A stretch of 64,000 bases of DNA from Candidatus Micrarchaeota archaeon (GTDB lineage: Archaea; Micrarchaeota; Micrarchaeia; Micrarchaeales; CABMGC01). The notes below the pieces were generated by a model that was not told where the DNA came from, ran no database searches, and worked only from the letters and a program-made list of their open reading frames with translations. The stretch spans positions 465,030-529,029 of the forward strand of contig JAGWHD010000001.1 of NCBI GenBank assembly GCA_028866995.1, given 5' to 3'. The translations under genes and the position numbers were made by a program. This document shows, in pieces, positions 55,328 to 64,000 of this stretch; positions within the stretch are counted from its first letter, which is position 1; every line of letters begins with the position of its first letter.

Positions 55328-56557
55328 ATGCAGACGCTCTCAAAGCCAAAAGGCATAGGAGGAATCCTCAAGTCGGCTCCTGAGGACTTCATAGTCAAGG
55401 AGATAACAGGCAAGGGCGTGGTCCTAGAACTAGGCAAGGCATACCTGCCATCGGACCTCAAGGAAGAGGAGGTTCCCGACGGCAAGTTCAGCACCATCGT
55501 CATGCAGAAGCGCGACTGGAACACCATAGGCGCGCTCACAAAGATAGCTGGCCTTGTGAACAGGGGCAAGAAGTCGGTATCGTACGCGGGCACAAAGGAC
55601 AGGACATCCATATCGGTGCAGCTCGCGAGCATCTTCGGCGCGACTCCGGAGCAGCTGATGCGCATAAGGCTCAAGGACATATCGATAAACGGCGCATGGA
55701 AGAGCAACGGCGTGGAGATGGGCACGAACATAGGGAACGCGTTCGAGATAACTCTGAGGGAAACCTCTTCGACAGCAATCGAGCCGATAATGGAGGAGCT
55801 GGACGGAAGGTTCCCCAACTACTTCGACAGGCAGAGGTTCGGCTCAAGGCTCAACAACGCGTCTATAGGCGCATGCATAATGCGCAACGACTTCAAGGGA
55901 GCCGCGATGCATTACCTGACCGACACGCAGAACGAGACCAATCCAGAGGCGATAGAAGCAAGGAAGAGGCTCGCGGATGAGCAGGACTTCAAGAATGCGC
56001 TCTCATACTTCCCGAGGCACCTCAAGGGAGAGAGGAGCGTGATAGCTTACATGGCTATGTACGACAACTACGCCAACGCGCTGAGGAAGATACCGAGGGG
56101 CATAACCACGATGTTCATACATGCTGTTGAGAGCCTTGTATTCAACATGGCGCTGGAGCAACGGATAAAGGCAGGGGATTTCAAGGCAAAGGTATCATGC
56201 AGGGCAAACTTCTACGGATTCCCGGACATAGGATCGCTCAGCACATCCGAATCCGATTTCTGCGTAATGCCTTTGATAGGCTACGAGACAAAGGAGGAGC
56301 ATGTATCGGAGTACGAGAATGAGGCCATGGAGATGCTTGAAATAAAGGCCCAGGACTTCAAGATAAAGGGCATGCCTGAGCTGTCCATGAAAGGCGCATT
56401 CAGGTCTATGCTGGCCCCTGTGAAGGAGATGAGCCATTCGTTCGACGGCAATTCGGCAATGATAAGGTTCTCGATACCGTCAGGCAGCTACGCCACAGTC
56501 CTCCTCAACGAGATCATGAAGACAGAAAGCCTGGACATAAAGGAACTTATGCATTGA
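55328..56557 (+). CDS. truD: tRNA pseudouridine synthase D (TruD/Pus7)
   Basis: PEDFIVKE, the catalytic YAGTKDRTS and NYFDRQRFG. Confidence 0.75.
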   Translation: MQTLSKPKGIGGILKSAPEDFIVKEITGKGVVLELGKAYLPSDLKEEEVPDGKFSTIVMQKRDWNTIGALTKIAGLVNRGKKSVSYAGTKDRTSISVQLASIFGATPEQLMRIRLKDISINGAWKSNGVEMGTNIGNAFEITLRETSSTAIEPIMEELDGRFPNYFDRQRFGSRLNNASIGACIMRNDFKGAAMHYLTDTQNETNPEAIEARKRLADEQDFKNALSYFPRHLKGERSVIAYMAMYDNYANALRKIPRGITTMFIHAVESLVFNMALEQRIKAGDFKAKVSCRANFYGFPDIGSLSTSESDFCVMPLIGYETKEEHVSEYENEAMEMLEIKAQDFKIKGMPELSMKGAFRSMLAPVKEMSHSFDGNSAMIRFSIPSGSYATVLLNEIMKTESLDIKELMH

Positions 56558-56572
56558 GAATGTTGTTATACC

Positions 56573-57058
56573 ATGGATAGGGTCAAGCGGAGGAAGCTTT
56601 TCATGCTCGCAAGGCAGCTCAAGCGGAATGGCTCCCAGTGGCACTGGCACCTGCTTGGCGCGAGATGCGCCTTCAACAGGCACAAGGGCAGGTTCGCGAT
56701 AGTCCTTGAGGACAGCCGCAGCCGCACGAACTACGTCTGCCTGTTCTCAAAGAAGCCAAAGCGCGAGGCGAAGACCCTGGCGAACATGGCATACGGCAAG
56801 GGATTCATGGACAAGAAAGGGGCCGGAAGGCACAACCCGAGGTTCGATGCGATTATCAGGAGGGCGAAGGAGCTCAGCGCCCAGGGCATCGAATGGCACC
56901 ACCACCACCTCAATCCGGAATGCGTGTTCAACTACAGGAAGGGAAAGGACTGCATAATACTCGAGGACCCGGTAAGGAAGAGGACGATGGTGGCTGTGTA
57001 CAAGGGAAAGCCGATGAGAGACCTCACAAGGCTGGAGAAGCTGTTCTATTCCCAATGA
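56573..57058 (+). CDS. hypothetical protein made of two copies of a ~67-aa W-H-x-H...C-x-F-N...ILED domain
   Basis: Internal duplication read from the translation: ARQLKRNGSQWHWHLLGARCAFNRHKGRFAIVLED versus AKELSAQGIEWHHHHLNPECVFNYRKGKDCIILED. Confidence 0.45.
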   Translation: MDRVKRRKLFMLARQLKRNGSQWHWHLLGARCAFNRHKGRFAIVLEDSRSRTNYVCLFSKKPKREAKTLANMAYGKGFMDKKGAGRHNPRFDAIIRRAKELSAQGIEWHHHHLNPECVFNYRKGKDCIILEDPVRKRTMVAVYKGKPMRDLTRLEKLFYSQ

Positions 57059-57098
57059 AAAGAATGCGCCGGGATAGGGAATCTCATCAGCTTTTGGT

Positions 57099-57119
57099 TA
57101 AGCTTTTGCCAAAAGCTTA
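57099..57119. promoter_or_regulatory. perfect 10-1-10 palindrome TAAGCTTTTG-C-CAAAAGCTTA (operator or terminator hairpin)
   Basis: Read directly. A third half-site, AGCTTTTGG, lies at 57089-57097. The site is in the spacer between 56573-57058 and the GT2 gene. Confidence 0.35.
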
Positions 57120-57233
57120 TTTTGAACCCTAAAAGCCCGAAGGCCACCAGATCTCGAGTTTCGCCAAATGCTTCTGGCGCGATACCTGATTCTGCCATCC
57201 CGGCATGGCAATACCTATTGCAGACCAAGGTTA

Positions 57234-58835
57234 ATGAATATTATTAATATACTGCTGGAGTATAGGGTAATGTTAGCGGATAGCATGGAACTGCTCGACA
57301 GGGCGCTCTCGATGGTGCCCATAGTGTTCTTCATACTGCTTACTATAGCGGGCATGACGTTCGCCCTCTACCTGCTCTACAGCAGCTCCGGGAGCGCGTA
57401 CGGCTCGTCTTTGTCAGTGCTCTTCCTGGTCCTTGCTTCTGTATCGGGCTTCTTCAACATCTTCGCCTCATACTCTTACTACAGGTCATCCCTCTACGAC
57501 AAGTACATGGAGAACCTTGAAAGGGGCACCAAGGAGCTTGCTGCGCTGCCAACGGTCGCGATAGCGATACCTGTCTACAACGAGGACCCTGGGATGGTGA
57601 AGAAGAACCTGCAGAGGATGAAGGAGATCGACTACCCTTCATCGAAGCTCAGCTTCTACCTACTCGACGACTCTACAGACAAGGAGACGTCAAAGGAGCT
57701 CAAGGCTTTCGCATCGAAGAACGGCTATGCTTACATACACAGGAGGGTCAGGAAGGGCTTCAAGGCAGGGGCATTGAACAACATGCTGAAGCAGTCAAAG
57801 GAGGATTTCATAGCGATATTCGATTCCGACGAGCACCTCAAAGACAAAGGTTTCCTAAAGGACCTCCTCAAGTACTTCCAGGACGAATCCGTGTCATACA
57901 TACAGACGGAGAAGAGGTACTCGAAGGGCACCTTCTTCTCAGATACCGTTGACCTGTTCGACGCATTCTTCTTCAAGTTCATACAGCCTTCAAGGGCATT
58001 GAACAACACGGCCATATTCGCAGGCTCCTGCGGAATAATAAGGAGAAGCGCGCTCGATAGGATAGGCGGCTTCCCCGAATACATAGTCGAGGACACGTTC
58101 TTCAGCCTGGAATCGGACATGCACAAGTACAAGAGCCTGTACATACCCAAGGTCTACGCACTGGGAAGGCCGATAAAGACCTTCACCGAGCTGGTGAAGC
58201 AGCAGTGGAGGTACAATTACGGTGACACTCAATTCCTAGGATACTTCCTCAAGAGGGGGAGCTTCTTCGGCAAGAAGCCGATGTCTGCGATGTCCAACAT
58301 CGACTACATAACACATGGATTCGGCCTCAACTACATCTCCACATTCCTGATATTCTTCACTATTGTCTCTGTACTCATAGTCTTCTCTTCTGTACCGCTT
58401 GCAAAGATAACACTGGAGCAGATAGCGCAGGTCAGGTCCTTGACAACGACAATGGAGATACTGGGCTTCGGAACATTCGCGCTCTCGCTGATAGCGCCCG
58501 TGATACTGACCAAGATACACTTCAAGTCCATACGCAAGGGCTTCATGGTATTCATACTCAACTTCGCGCTCGCATTCATAAGGGCAAAGGCGGCGCTCTC
58601 CGCGGTGCTGAACCTCTCGCCTTCTATGCCTTGGCATACTGGAACAGGGGACGGGACTAACAGGAAGATGGGCATAGCGCTCAGGAACTCGCTGTCTGAG
58701 GTGCTATTCTCGAGCTCCCTATTCGTGCTGGGCATGTTCGCCTTCACGATACACGACCTGTCCGGAGCCCTGTGGCTGCTCTGGTACGCATTCCTTTATA
58801 TCTCAACATTCTACTTCTTCTACAAATACGGGTGA
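57234..58835 (+). CDS. processive family-2 glycosyltransferase (cellulose/chitin-synthase-like) with C-terminal TM domain
   Basis: YNED, LLDDSTD, FDSDE and the Q-x-x-R-W-type motif QQWRY. N- and C-terminal TM helices are present. The start is one of several Mets (57234, 57270 or 57285). Confidence 0.75.
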   Translation: MNIINILLEYRVMLADSMELLDRALSMVPIVFFILLTIAGMTFALYLLYSSSGSAYGSSLSVLFLVLASVSGFFNIFASYSYYRSSLYDKYMENLERGTKELAALPTVAIAIPVYNEDPGMVKKNLQRMKEIDYPSSKLSFYLLDDSTDKETSKELKAFASKNGYAYIHRRVRKGFKAGALNNMLKQSKEDFIAIFDSDEHLKDKGFLKDLLKYFQDESVSYIQTEKRYSKGTFFSDTVDLFDAFFFKFIQPSRALNNTAIFAGSCGIIRRSALDRIGGFPEYIVEDTFFSLESDMHKYKSLYIPKVYALGRPIKTFTELVKQQWRYNYGDTQFLGYFLKRGSFFGKKPMSAMSNIDYITHGFGLNYISTFLIFFTIVSVLIVFSSVPLAKITLEQIAQVRSLTTTMEILGFGTFALSLIAPVILTKIHFKSIRKGFMVFILNFALAFIRAKAALSAVLNLSPSMPWHTGTGDGTNRKMGIALRNSLSEVLFSSSLFVLGMFAFTIHDLSGALWLLWYAFLYISTFYFFYKYG

Positions 58836-58839
58836 TCCA

Positions 58840-59166
58840 TTGGCAAGCGGAAAGATATACATCAAGACATACGAGACGGAGAAGGGCACCATGATCGCCA
58901 TGTGCGACGAGGAGCTTCTCGGCAAGGAGTTCGGCGACGGCAAGGCGAAGCTCGACCTCAACAGGTACGCATCGTTCTACAAGGGCGAGCTGCAGGAAGA
59001 GGGCAAGATAAGCATAGACATGGAAAGCATATACTCTGCCAACGTTGTCGGCGAAAGGTCAGTGGCAATAATGATAAGGACCGGCGTGGCAACAGAGGAC
59101 GAGATAAAGAGGGTGAGCGGGATCCCGTTCCTCCAGGTCTACAGGGTTCTGGGAGCGCAGTCCTAG
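58840..59166 (+). CDS. DUF424 family archaeal protein
   Basis: TTG start. IYIKTYETEKGTMIAMCDEELLGK matches my recollection of DUF424. Confidence 0.55.
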   Translation: MASGKIYIKTYETEKGTMIAMCDEELLGKEFGDGKAKLDLNRYASFYKGELQEEGKISIDMESIYSANVVGERSVAIMIRTGVATEDEIKRVSGIPFLQVYRVLGAQS

Positions 59167-59172
59167 CAATGT

Positions 59173-59514
59173 CTACTGCTCCTTCAGCCTTATTATCGCT
59201 TCTGCAATGTCTCCATTCGTCTCCTCAAGCGTCTTCCTGACAAGAGCATCGTCAGCAACTCCTGTCTGCTCCTTAACCATCCTGACATCATCGTCGCTGA
59301 CCTCAACCTTTACGTTGCTGACCTCTTTCGCATCTCCCGCTATCTGGAAGGTCTGCGTTCCCTGCGCCTCTATGATCGTGACTTGAGGGTTCTCGATTAT
59401 TATGTTGGTGTCCTTGCCTTCTATGACTACTCGAAGGGCATCAATCTCCTTCTGCTTTATGCCCATCTTGTCCATCATGCTCTTGAGCTGCCTTGGGTCT
59501 ATGTTCGGGAACAT
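59173..59514 (-). CDS. nac: nascent polypeptide-associated complex protein (aNAC, NAC + UBA domains)
   Basis: PRQLKSMMDKMGIK..., a NAC beta-barrel and a C-terminal UBA-like LEETNGDIAEAIIRL. Confidence 0.8.
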   Translation of the reverse strand: MFPNIDPRQLKSMMDKMGIKQKEIDALRVVIEGKDTNIIIENPQVTIIEAQGTQTFQIAGDAKEVSNVKVEVSDDDVRMVKEQTGVADDALVRKTLEETNGDIAEAIIRLKEQ

Positions 59515-59586
59515 GCAATCAGCAATACTCTGCGCTGCAAAAGGCTTTTAATACTTTATACTCAAGAATTAGTTCGTGGTATTGAT

Positions 59587-60762
59587 ATGTTTGGCCGAAT
59601 TTTCCTAGCATTCGCAATGCTTTCATCAGTATTCCTGCTTGACAGCATAAACATCGTGAGCGCTTCGACGTCATACGTTTGCGATGGCTATTCAACAGGG
59701 GGCGCTGCTGCCGCAAACATCATATGCAGGACGAACGGCAACATCATAGTAACAAATACAGTAATAGATATAGGCCAGTATTCCTTCATAACTGTCAATG
59801 GCATAGCCAACACTGTTGGAACCGCTCCTCTTCCGATGACTGCAAACATCGTCTACACACTTCCAAACAACGTCCCTACGAGCAACACAATACTATTCGG
59901 ACTCAACTCAACAGGTAATGTAATAATAGGCCTTAACGCCTTCCAGGCCAACCAGCTTGTGATAACGGCCAACAGTTATAGCGCAGGCAAGTCGGTATCG
60001 GTGACTGCTTTCAATGCAGTATCAAGTTCTACTACCAATACGGTCTACGGCTCGTGGACCTTCAACGCTTTCGTACGTGACGCATCAGGAGGCGCAACGC
60101 CACTGAACACCTTGACAACCAATCAGATACCGCTGATACAGATTAACCCAGCGTTGGTCATCCCTACGCCAACCACAACATCGACATCTGTAGTGCAGCT
60201 GAACCAGGTCACGCTCAGCGTAAACGCACCGACAACAGGCACGTCACCTTACACTTACCAATGGTATCAGGAGAATCCAGGCAAGAATTATGTGCTGCTG
60301 TCAGGAGCAACCAGCAACTCATACGCTTTCGGGACCAGCCAGTTCACAGCTGAGGGTACTCACAACTTCGTACTTCAGATAACGGATTCGGCCTCAACGC
60401 CGGTTACTGTTAATTCATCTACGATGAGTGTGGTTGTAAACGCAACCTCGGTAGGCTCCAGCTCCGGCGGCTCAGTATCGACCAGCTCCGGCGGTACCGC
60501 ATACACGACCCGAGCCACGACTACGACGACAACAGTAGCGACTACCGTAAGCACCACTGCGCAATCCACAGTTCCTACTACAACGCCATCAACGACAGTC
60601 CTTCCTGCCAATACGACGGTAGCGAGCACCGTAGCTACAACGGCATCGACTTCGGTCCCAACAACTACCATCCAGCCTTCGCCACAGCCCAGCTCCCAGA
60701 ATCCGCTGTCAGGCATAATAAATGCGATAGCGAAGTTCTTCTCGAGCCTCTTCGGACACTGA
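59587..60762 (+). CDS. secreted cell-surface protein with Ig-like domain and Thr/Ser-rich C-terminal stalk
   Basis: The ATG at 59587 gives the signal peptide MFGRIFLAFAMLSSVFLL...SAST. SPYTYQWYQ is typical of Ig/PKD-like surface domains. A long T/S tract follows. Confidence 0.5.
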   Translation: MFGRIFLAFAMLSSVFLLDSINIVSASTSYVCDGYSTGGAAAANIICRTNGNIIVTNTVIDIGQYSFITVNGIANTVGTAPLPMTANIVYTLPNNVPTSNTILFGLNSTGNVIIGLNAFQANQLVITANSYSAGKSVSVTAFNAVSSSTTNTVYGSWTFNAFVRDASGGATPLNTLTTNQIPLIQINPALVIPTPTTTSTSVVQLNQVTLSVNAPTTGTSPYTYQWYQENPGKNYVLLSGATSNSYAFGTSQFTAEGTHNFVLQITDSASTPVTVNSSTMSVVVNATSVGSSSGGSVSTSSGGTAYTTRATTTTTTVATTVSTTAQSTVPTTTPSTTVLPANTTVASTVATTASTSVPTTTIQPSPQPSSQNPLSGIINAIAKFFSSLFGH

Positions 60763-60768
60763 CGGTTT

Positions 60769-61668
60769 TTGCTACCGAACCGTGACATACCAATGCAATC
60801 TTACAGTCATAACTTTATTTTTGCATTAGCTGCATTACTGGTTCTTGCTTTTGCCGCCTATGAAAACGCAACATCGGTATACGGCACGAAAATGATAGGA
60901 AACATAAAGTATTGCTCTTTCGATAGCCATAACTATTCTCTTGATCTTTACATGCCTGTATCTCAACTCCAGGAGCAACGGCCTTTGATAATATATGTCC
61001 ACGGAGGGGCATTCACTTCCGGAGATAAGAACAATAGTGTGGGAAACCAAATCTTTCCATATTTGGTATCTAACGGTTTTGTGGTTGCCTCAATAGACTA
61101 TGGGCTCTTACAGAATGACACTATCGTCCAGGAAATAGAAGAAACGAAGTGTTCGATAAGGTTTCTGAGGGTCAATGCCCGACTATATGGGATAGATCCG
61201 CAACAGATTGGCATATGGGGAGCATCAGCAGGAGGCTATCTTGCAACAATAACGGGAACAACGAACAGCATATCCTCATTCAACCAAGGCCAGTATCTCA
61301 ATTACTCAAGCAACGTATCGGCCGTCTGCGATTGGTTTGGTGTAACTGTTATAGCGAGATACATCGGTGTCGACGCGCACAGCAGTCTCCAAGAGCAAGA
61401 GACCGCAAAGCAGTTGCAGCCAGGATACTATGCCTCAAAGAACGATCCTCCTTTCATAATATTCCACGGCACGAATGATTCTGTCGTGCCTCTTAACGAC
61501 TCATTGCAGTTATATGACGAGCTTACTTCGAACGACGTGAACGTTGAACTCGTGCTCGTTAAAAACTCAGGACATGACTTTATGCAAGTGGGGAACAAAT
61601 CAATATCGCCATCCTTTACAAATATAACCGACGAAACGATATCCTTTTTCAAGAAGAACCTGCAATGA
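60769..61668 (+). CDS. alpha/beta hydrolase (esterase/lipase, HGG type)
   Basis: VHGGAF oxyanion motif, nucleophile elbow GASAGG and a C-terminal GHDF. N-terminal anchor present. The start is at 60769 (TTG) or 60793 (ATG). Confidence 0.7.
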   Translation: MLPNRDIPMQSYSHNFIFALAALLVLAFAAYENATSVYGTKMIGNIKYCSFDSHNYSLDLYMPVSQLQEQRPLIIYVHGGAFTSGDKNNSVGNQIFPYLVSNGFVVASIDYGLLQNDTIVQEIEETKCSIRFLRVNARLYGIDPQQIGIWGASAGGYLATITGTTNSISSFNQGQYLNYSSNVSAVCDWFGVTVIARYIGVDAHSSLQEQETAKQLQPGYYASKNDPPFIIFHGTNDSVVPLNDSLQLYDELTSNDVNVELVLVKNSGHDFMQVGNKSISPSFTNITDETISFFKKNLQ

Positions 61669-61671
61669 CTG

Positions 61672-63999
61672 TCACTTGTAGTCGATCTTGAATATTTTGG
61701 TGTCATTGTTTAGATATACTGCATCGTACGTTACATTGGATGTGTCTGCAGGGCATACGTAGGCGTTGCATAGGACTGTGAACTTGAAGAAGTTGCTCTT
61801 GTACAGCTCAGGTCCAACTATCGTTCCTCCAACTATCTCGTTGTTCTTGTACGTTACCAGCAGCGTGTAGTTCAACGAGTTTGTGACATTCGACGTGGCT
61901 ATGCTGTAGTTGAAGTTCTGCGTATTGTAGAATACCACATTCCTTATAAGAACAAGGGTATCGGAAGAGACGGTGCCTATGAAAGCGGCAAATCTTGTCG
62001 TTTGGTTCGACTGTGGCGCAACCACCAGCTCTGCCCTATAGCCGCTTGTGTTGTTCCCCGAAGAAAATCTGTAGTATACTGTATTGTTTATGATTGTCCT
62101 GTTGAGATCGGTCAGTGTCTGGTAGCTGTAAGGGGTAACATTGGTGAGGCCGGCCTCAAAGAAAAGTCCCTGGAGTTCAGCATACCAAAACGTCCTTGAA
62201 ACAAGGTAATCTGGCTTTCCAATAGAATACAGGAAATCGGTGGCGTTGCTGGTGTTGAAGAGCCATCTGTTGAATGGAGCTATCTTGGTGCCGTTCTCGC
62301 CGCCGACGCTGTCCAGATAGCTCGTTCTGTTCGCCCACCCCTCGACCACGCTTCCATCGGTCCATACGGCTGCAACTGTCGCGTTCGTAGGTGTGTTGTT
62401 CCTCATCCACTGCATCGCCTCGAGCAGTCTGCCATTTATGCCGTCGGCAGGATGGCTGGTCGCCGCAGCTATGTACGCAGAATAGAATCCGTATATCAGC
62501 AGCACCGCCACGAGGCACGCGTAGGCTTGCGCAGCAAATTCCCTGTTCCTTGCATAGCCGTATGCGATGTAACCTATAGCAAATACGATTGCTCCAACAG
62601 ATACTATGCGCGCCACTATTCCCACGATAAAGTAAGAGCCAGGTATGGATAGCGGCGATGTGATGTAGAGGCAGACAAGAAGGGATGCGCCAAGGGCCAA
62701 AGCCGACGCTGTCCTAAGCATCCTGCCGCTGCGAATTGCGTTGGCATGCTTCCTGAACAGCGCCAAAGGGAGAAAGAGGCAGTATGCGGCAAATATCGCC
62801 ATGGGAACTGCAAATACGGCATTGAAGCGGACCGCCGACCCTTGCAGTATTCCTGTCACGATGATATATGAGACTATAGAGAGAAATGCCGGGCTTATGT
62901 TGAGGTGGAGCTTCCCAACCTTGCGATGCTCATTATCCTCGGCATAACTGGAAAGGAGCAGGAAGAAGAGGAAGCCAAGCGGCGCGAGCAAAATCTGCAT
63001 GTTGAATACCCTTGCGAGGAAGTCAAGCGTGGTGGGCTGCAGCTCAAGTGTCGTAAGGCCAACTGCATTGTGCCCGAATACCGCGTTGTAATGGCTGATG
63101 ATCTGTCCGGAGAGGAGTACAAGCGCTACCGCTGCAAAGGCTATAACTGCAAGTAGTCTATTCGTGCTGCTACTGAGGAATCTGAACCTCTGCCTGCTGC
63201 CTAGTGCGTAATATGCCGCTGCCAAGCCTGCTAGCACCGGCAGGTAAATGACGAAGAAATCAAGGCCTGTCAGAGGGAGGCTTAGTCTGGATAGATCGAC
63301 ATAGGCATATAGGTGCTGGAGCAGGTACGCGAGAAGGAGCGATAGCGAGGCGACAATGCCCTTTTTCAAGAGCGGTTCCCTGTCTGCGATGAAGGCGTAT
63401 AATGATATCAGGACAACAGCGCCAAGATACACGAGAAAAGTATAAGGGAAGCCGTTCCAGACAACGGATCCAAGGCTGAGCACCACGCCTGAAAGGGCAA
63501 TGGCATAGTAGGCCTTCCTGACATTTCCGGTTTCCTCAAGACCCTTGAGCATAAGGTACAGTGCAGCCAGTATGAAGACACCGATGAAGGTATCTCCTCT
63601 GTACTCCGTTCCTGCAGTCCTTGAAAGGCTGCCTATGGAGACTGCTGTAAGGAATAACACCAGGAGCCCGAAAACAGGGCTCTTGGAGAGCCTCCTGGCA
63701 AGCATCCATGTGCCTATCATGGTGAGGACACCGAACAGGATCGGCACCAGCCTCATTACTGTATAATAGCTGACTCCGAGGTACCTGAGGAAAAAGTACG
63801 GTATGGCGCTCATGTATATGATTCCAGGAGCCTCCCCTATGTGGTTATGTGCCGGAAAGCCAGAAAGGTATGAGTATGTGGGCACAATGAAGCCATTCTG
63901 GATGGTCTCCCTTAATACTGAATAATAGAAGTATACATCAGGCTCGAAAAACCCCAGGTTCTTGAGCATTACTGCCCTTATGACGACCCCCATGGTCAC
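61672..63999 (-). CDS. aglB: AglB/STT3-like oligosaccharyltransferase (5' end probably outside window)
   Basis: FFEPDVYFYYSVLRETIQNG resembles the first-loop D-x-D region. There are 13 or more TM helices. The C-terminal soluble domain is preceded by MQWMRNNTP...AAVWTDGSVVEGW, at the position of the WWDYG motif. Confidence 0.65.
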   Translation of the reverse strand: MTMGVVIRAVMLKNLGFFEPDVYFYYSVLRETIQNGFIVPTYSYLSGFPAHNHIGEAPGIIYMSAIPYFFLRYLGVSYYTVMRLVPILFGVLTMIGTWMLARRLSKSPVFGLLVLFLTAVSIGSLSRTAGTEYRGDTFIGVFILAALYLMLKGLEETGNVRKAYYAIALSGVVLSLGSVVWNGFPYTFLVYLGAVVLISLYAFIADREPLLKKGIVASLSLLLAYLLQHLYAYVDLSRLSLPLTGLDFFVIYLPVLAGLAAAYYALGSRQRFRFLSSSTNRLLAVIAFAAVALVLLSGQIISHYNAVFGHNAVGLTTLELQPTTLDFLARVFNMQILLAPLGFLFFLLLSSYAEDNEHRKVGKLHLNISPAFLSIVSYIIVTGILQGSAVRFNAVFAVPMAIFAAYCLFLPLALFRKHANAIRSGRMLRTASALALGASLLVCLYITSPLSIPGSYFIVGIVARIVSVGAIVFAIGYIAYGYARNREFAAQAYACLVAVLLIYGFYSAYIAAATSHPADGINGRLLEAMQWMRNNTPTNATVAAVWTDGSVVEGWANRTSYLDSVGGENGTKIAPFNRWLFNTSNATDFLYSIGKPDYLVSRTFWYAELQGLFFEAGLTNVTPYSYQTLTDLNRTIINNTVYYRFSSGNNTSGYRAELVVAPQSNQTTRFAAFIGTVSSDTLVLIRNVVFYNTQNFNYSIATSNVTNSLNYTLLVTYKNNEIVGGTIVGPELYKSNFFKFTVLCNAYVCPADTSNVTYDAVYLNNDTKIFKIDYK

Positions 64000-64000
64000 T

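Overview
This is a densely coding archaeal chromosomal segment. Archaeal markers include RpoE'/Spt4, aNAC, Pelota, GGGP synthase, an AglB/STT3-like OST, an Nre-type repair protein, DUF424, archaeal-type GluRS, class-III (pilin-type) signal peptides and tRNA genes without encoded CCA. Strong AGG/AGA/ATA codon bias, a copper-resistance cluster and a sulfocyanin-like cupredoxin suggest an acidophile-type lineage (Thermoplasmatota- or Micrarchaeota/DPANN-like). That lineage guess is inference only. All calls come from reading the ORF translations and recalling family motifs; no searches were run. The backbone is housekeeping: lpd, nadK, speB, PGI/PMI, sufU, rpoE/spt4, gltX, prs, ksgA, pelota, sua5, rnhA/rnhB, alaX, rnz, truD, nac and two tRNAs. 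Three visibly AT-rich accessory patches interrupt it, at about 18.96-19.8 kb, 21.7-24.1 kb and 26.7-28.5 kb. The most interesting signals are listed here. (1) An AT-rich islet encodes a stand-alone TIR-like protein beside a ~6-TM protein, flanked by short direct repeats, and is a candidate uncharacterised archaeal TIR defence/signalling pair. (2) Two tandem paralogous pilin-signal + Cys-rich domain + Ser/Thr linker + six-blade Kelch-like propeller genes share an essentially identical ~600-bp 5' module and eight near-identical 43-nt intragenic repeats. (3) A Tat-signal secreted protein carries four copies of an unassigned ~41-aa repeat in a small module with a stand-alone RAM-like protein and a mini zinc-finger ORF. 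(4) A copA cluster carries three TRASH/YHS modules, a Met/Gly/Tyr-rich mini membrane protein and an unlisted 49-aa Cys/His ORF. (5) A cupredoxin operon includes a secreted protein with a CC...C-x-H motif. No CRISPR array, rRNA gene or intact mobile element was seen.
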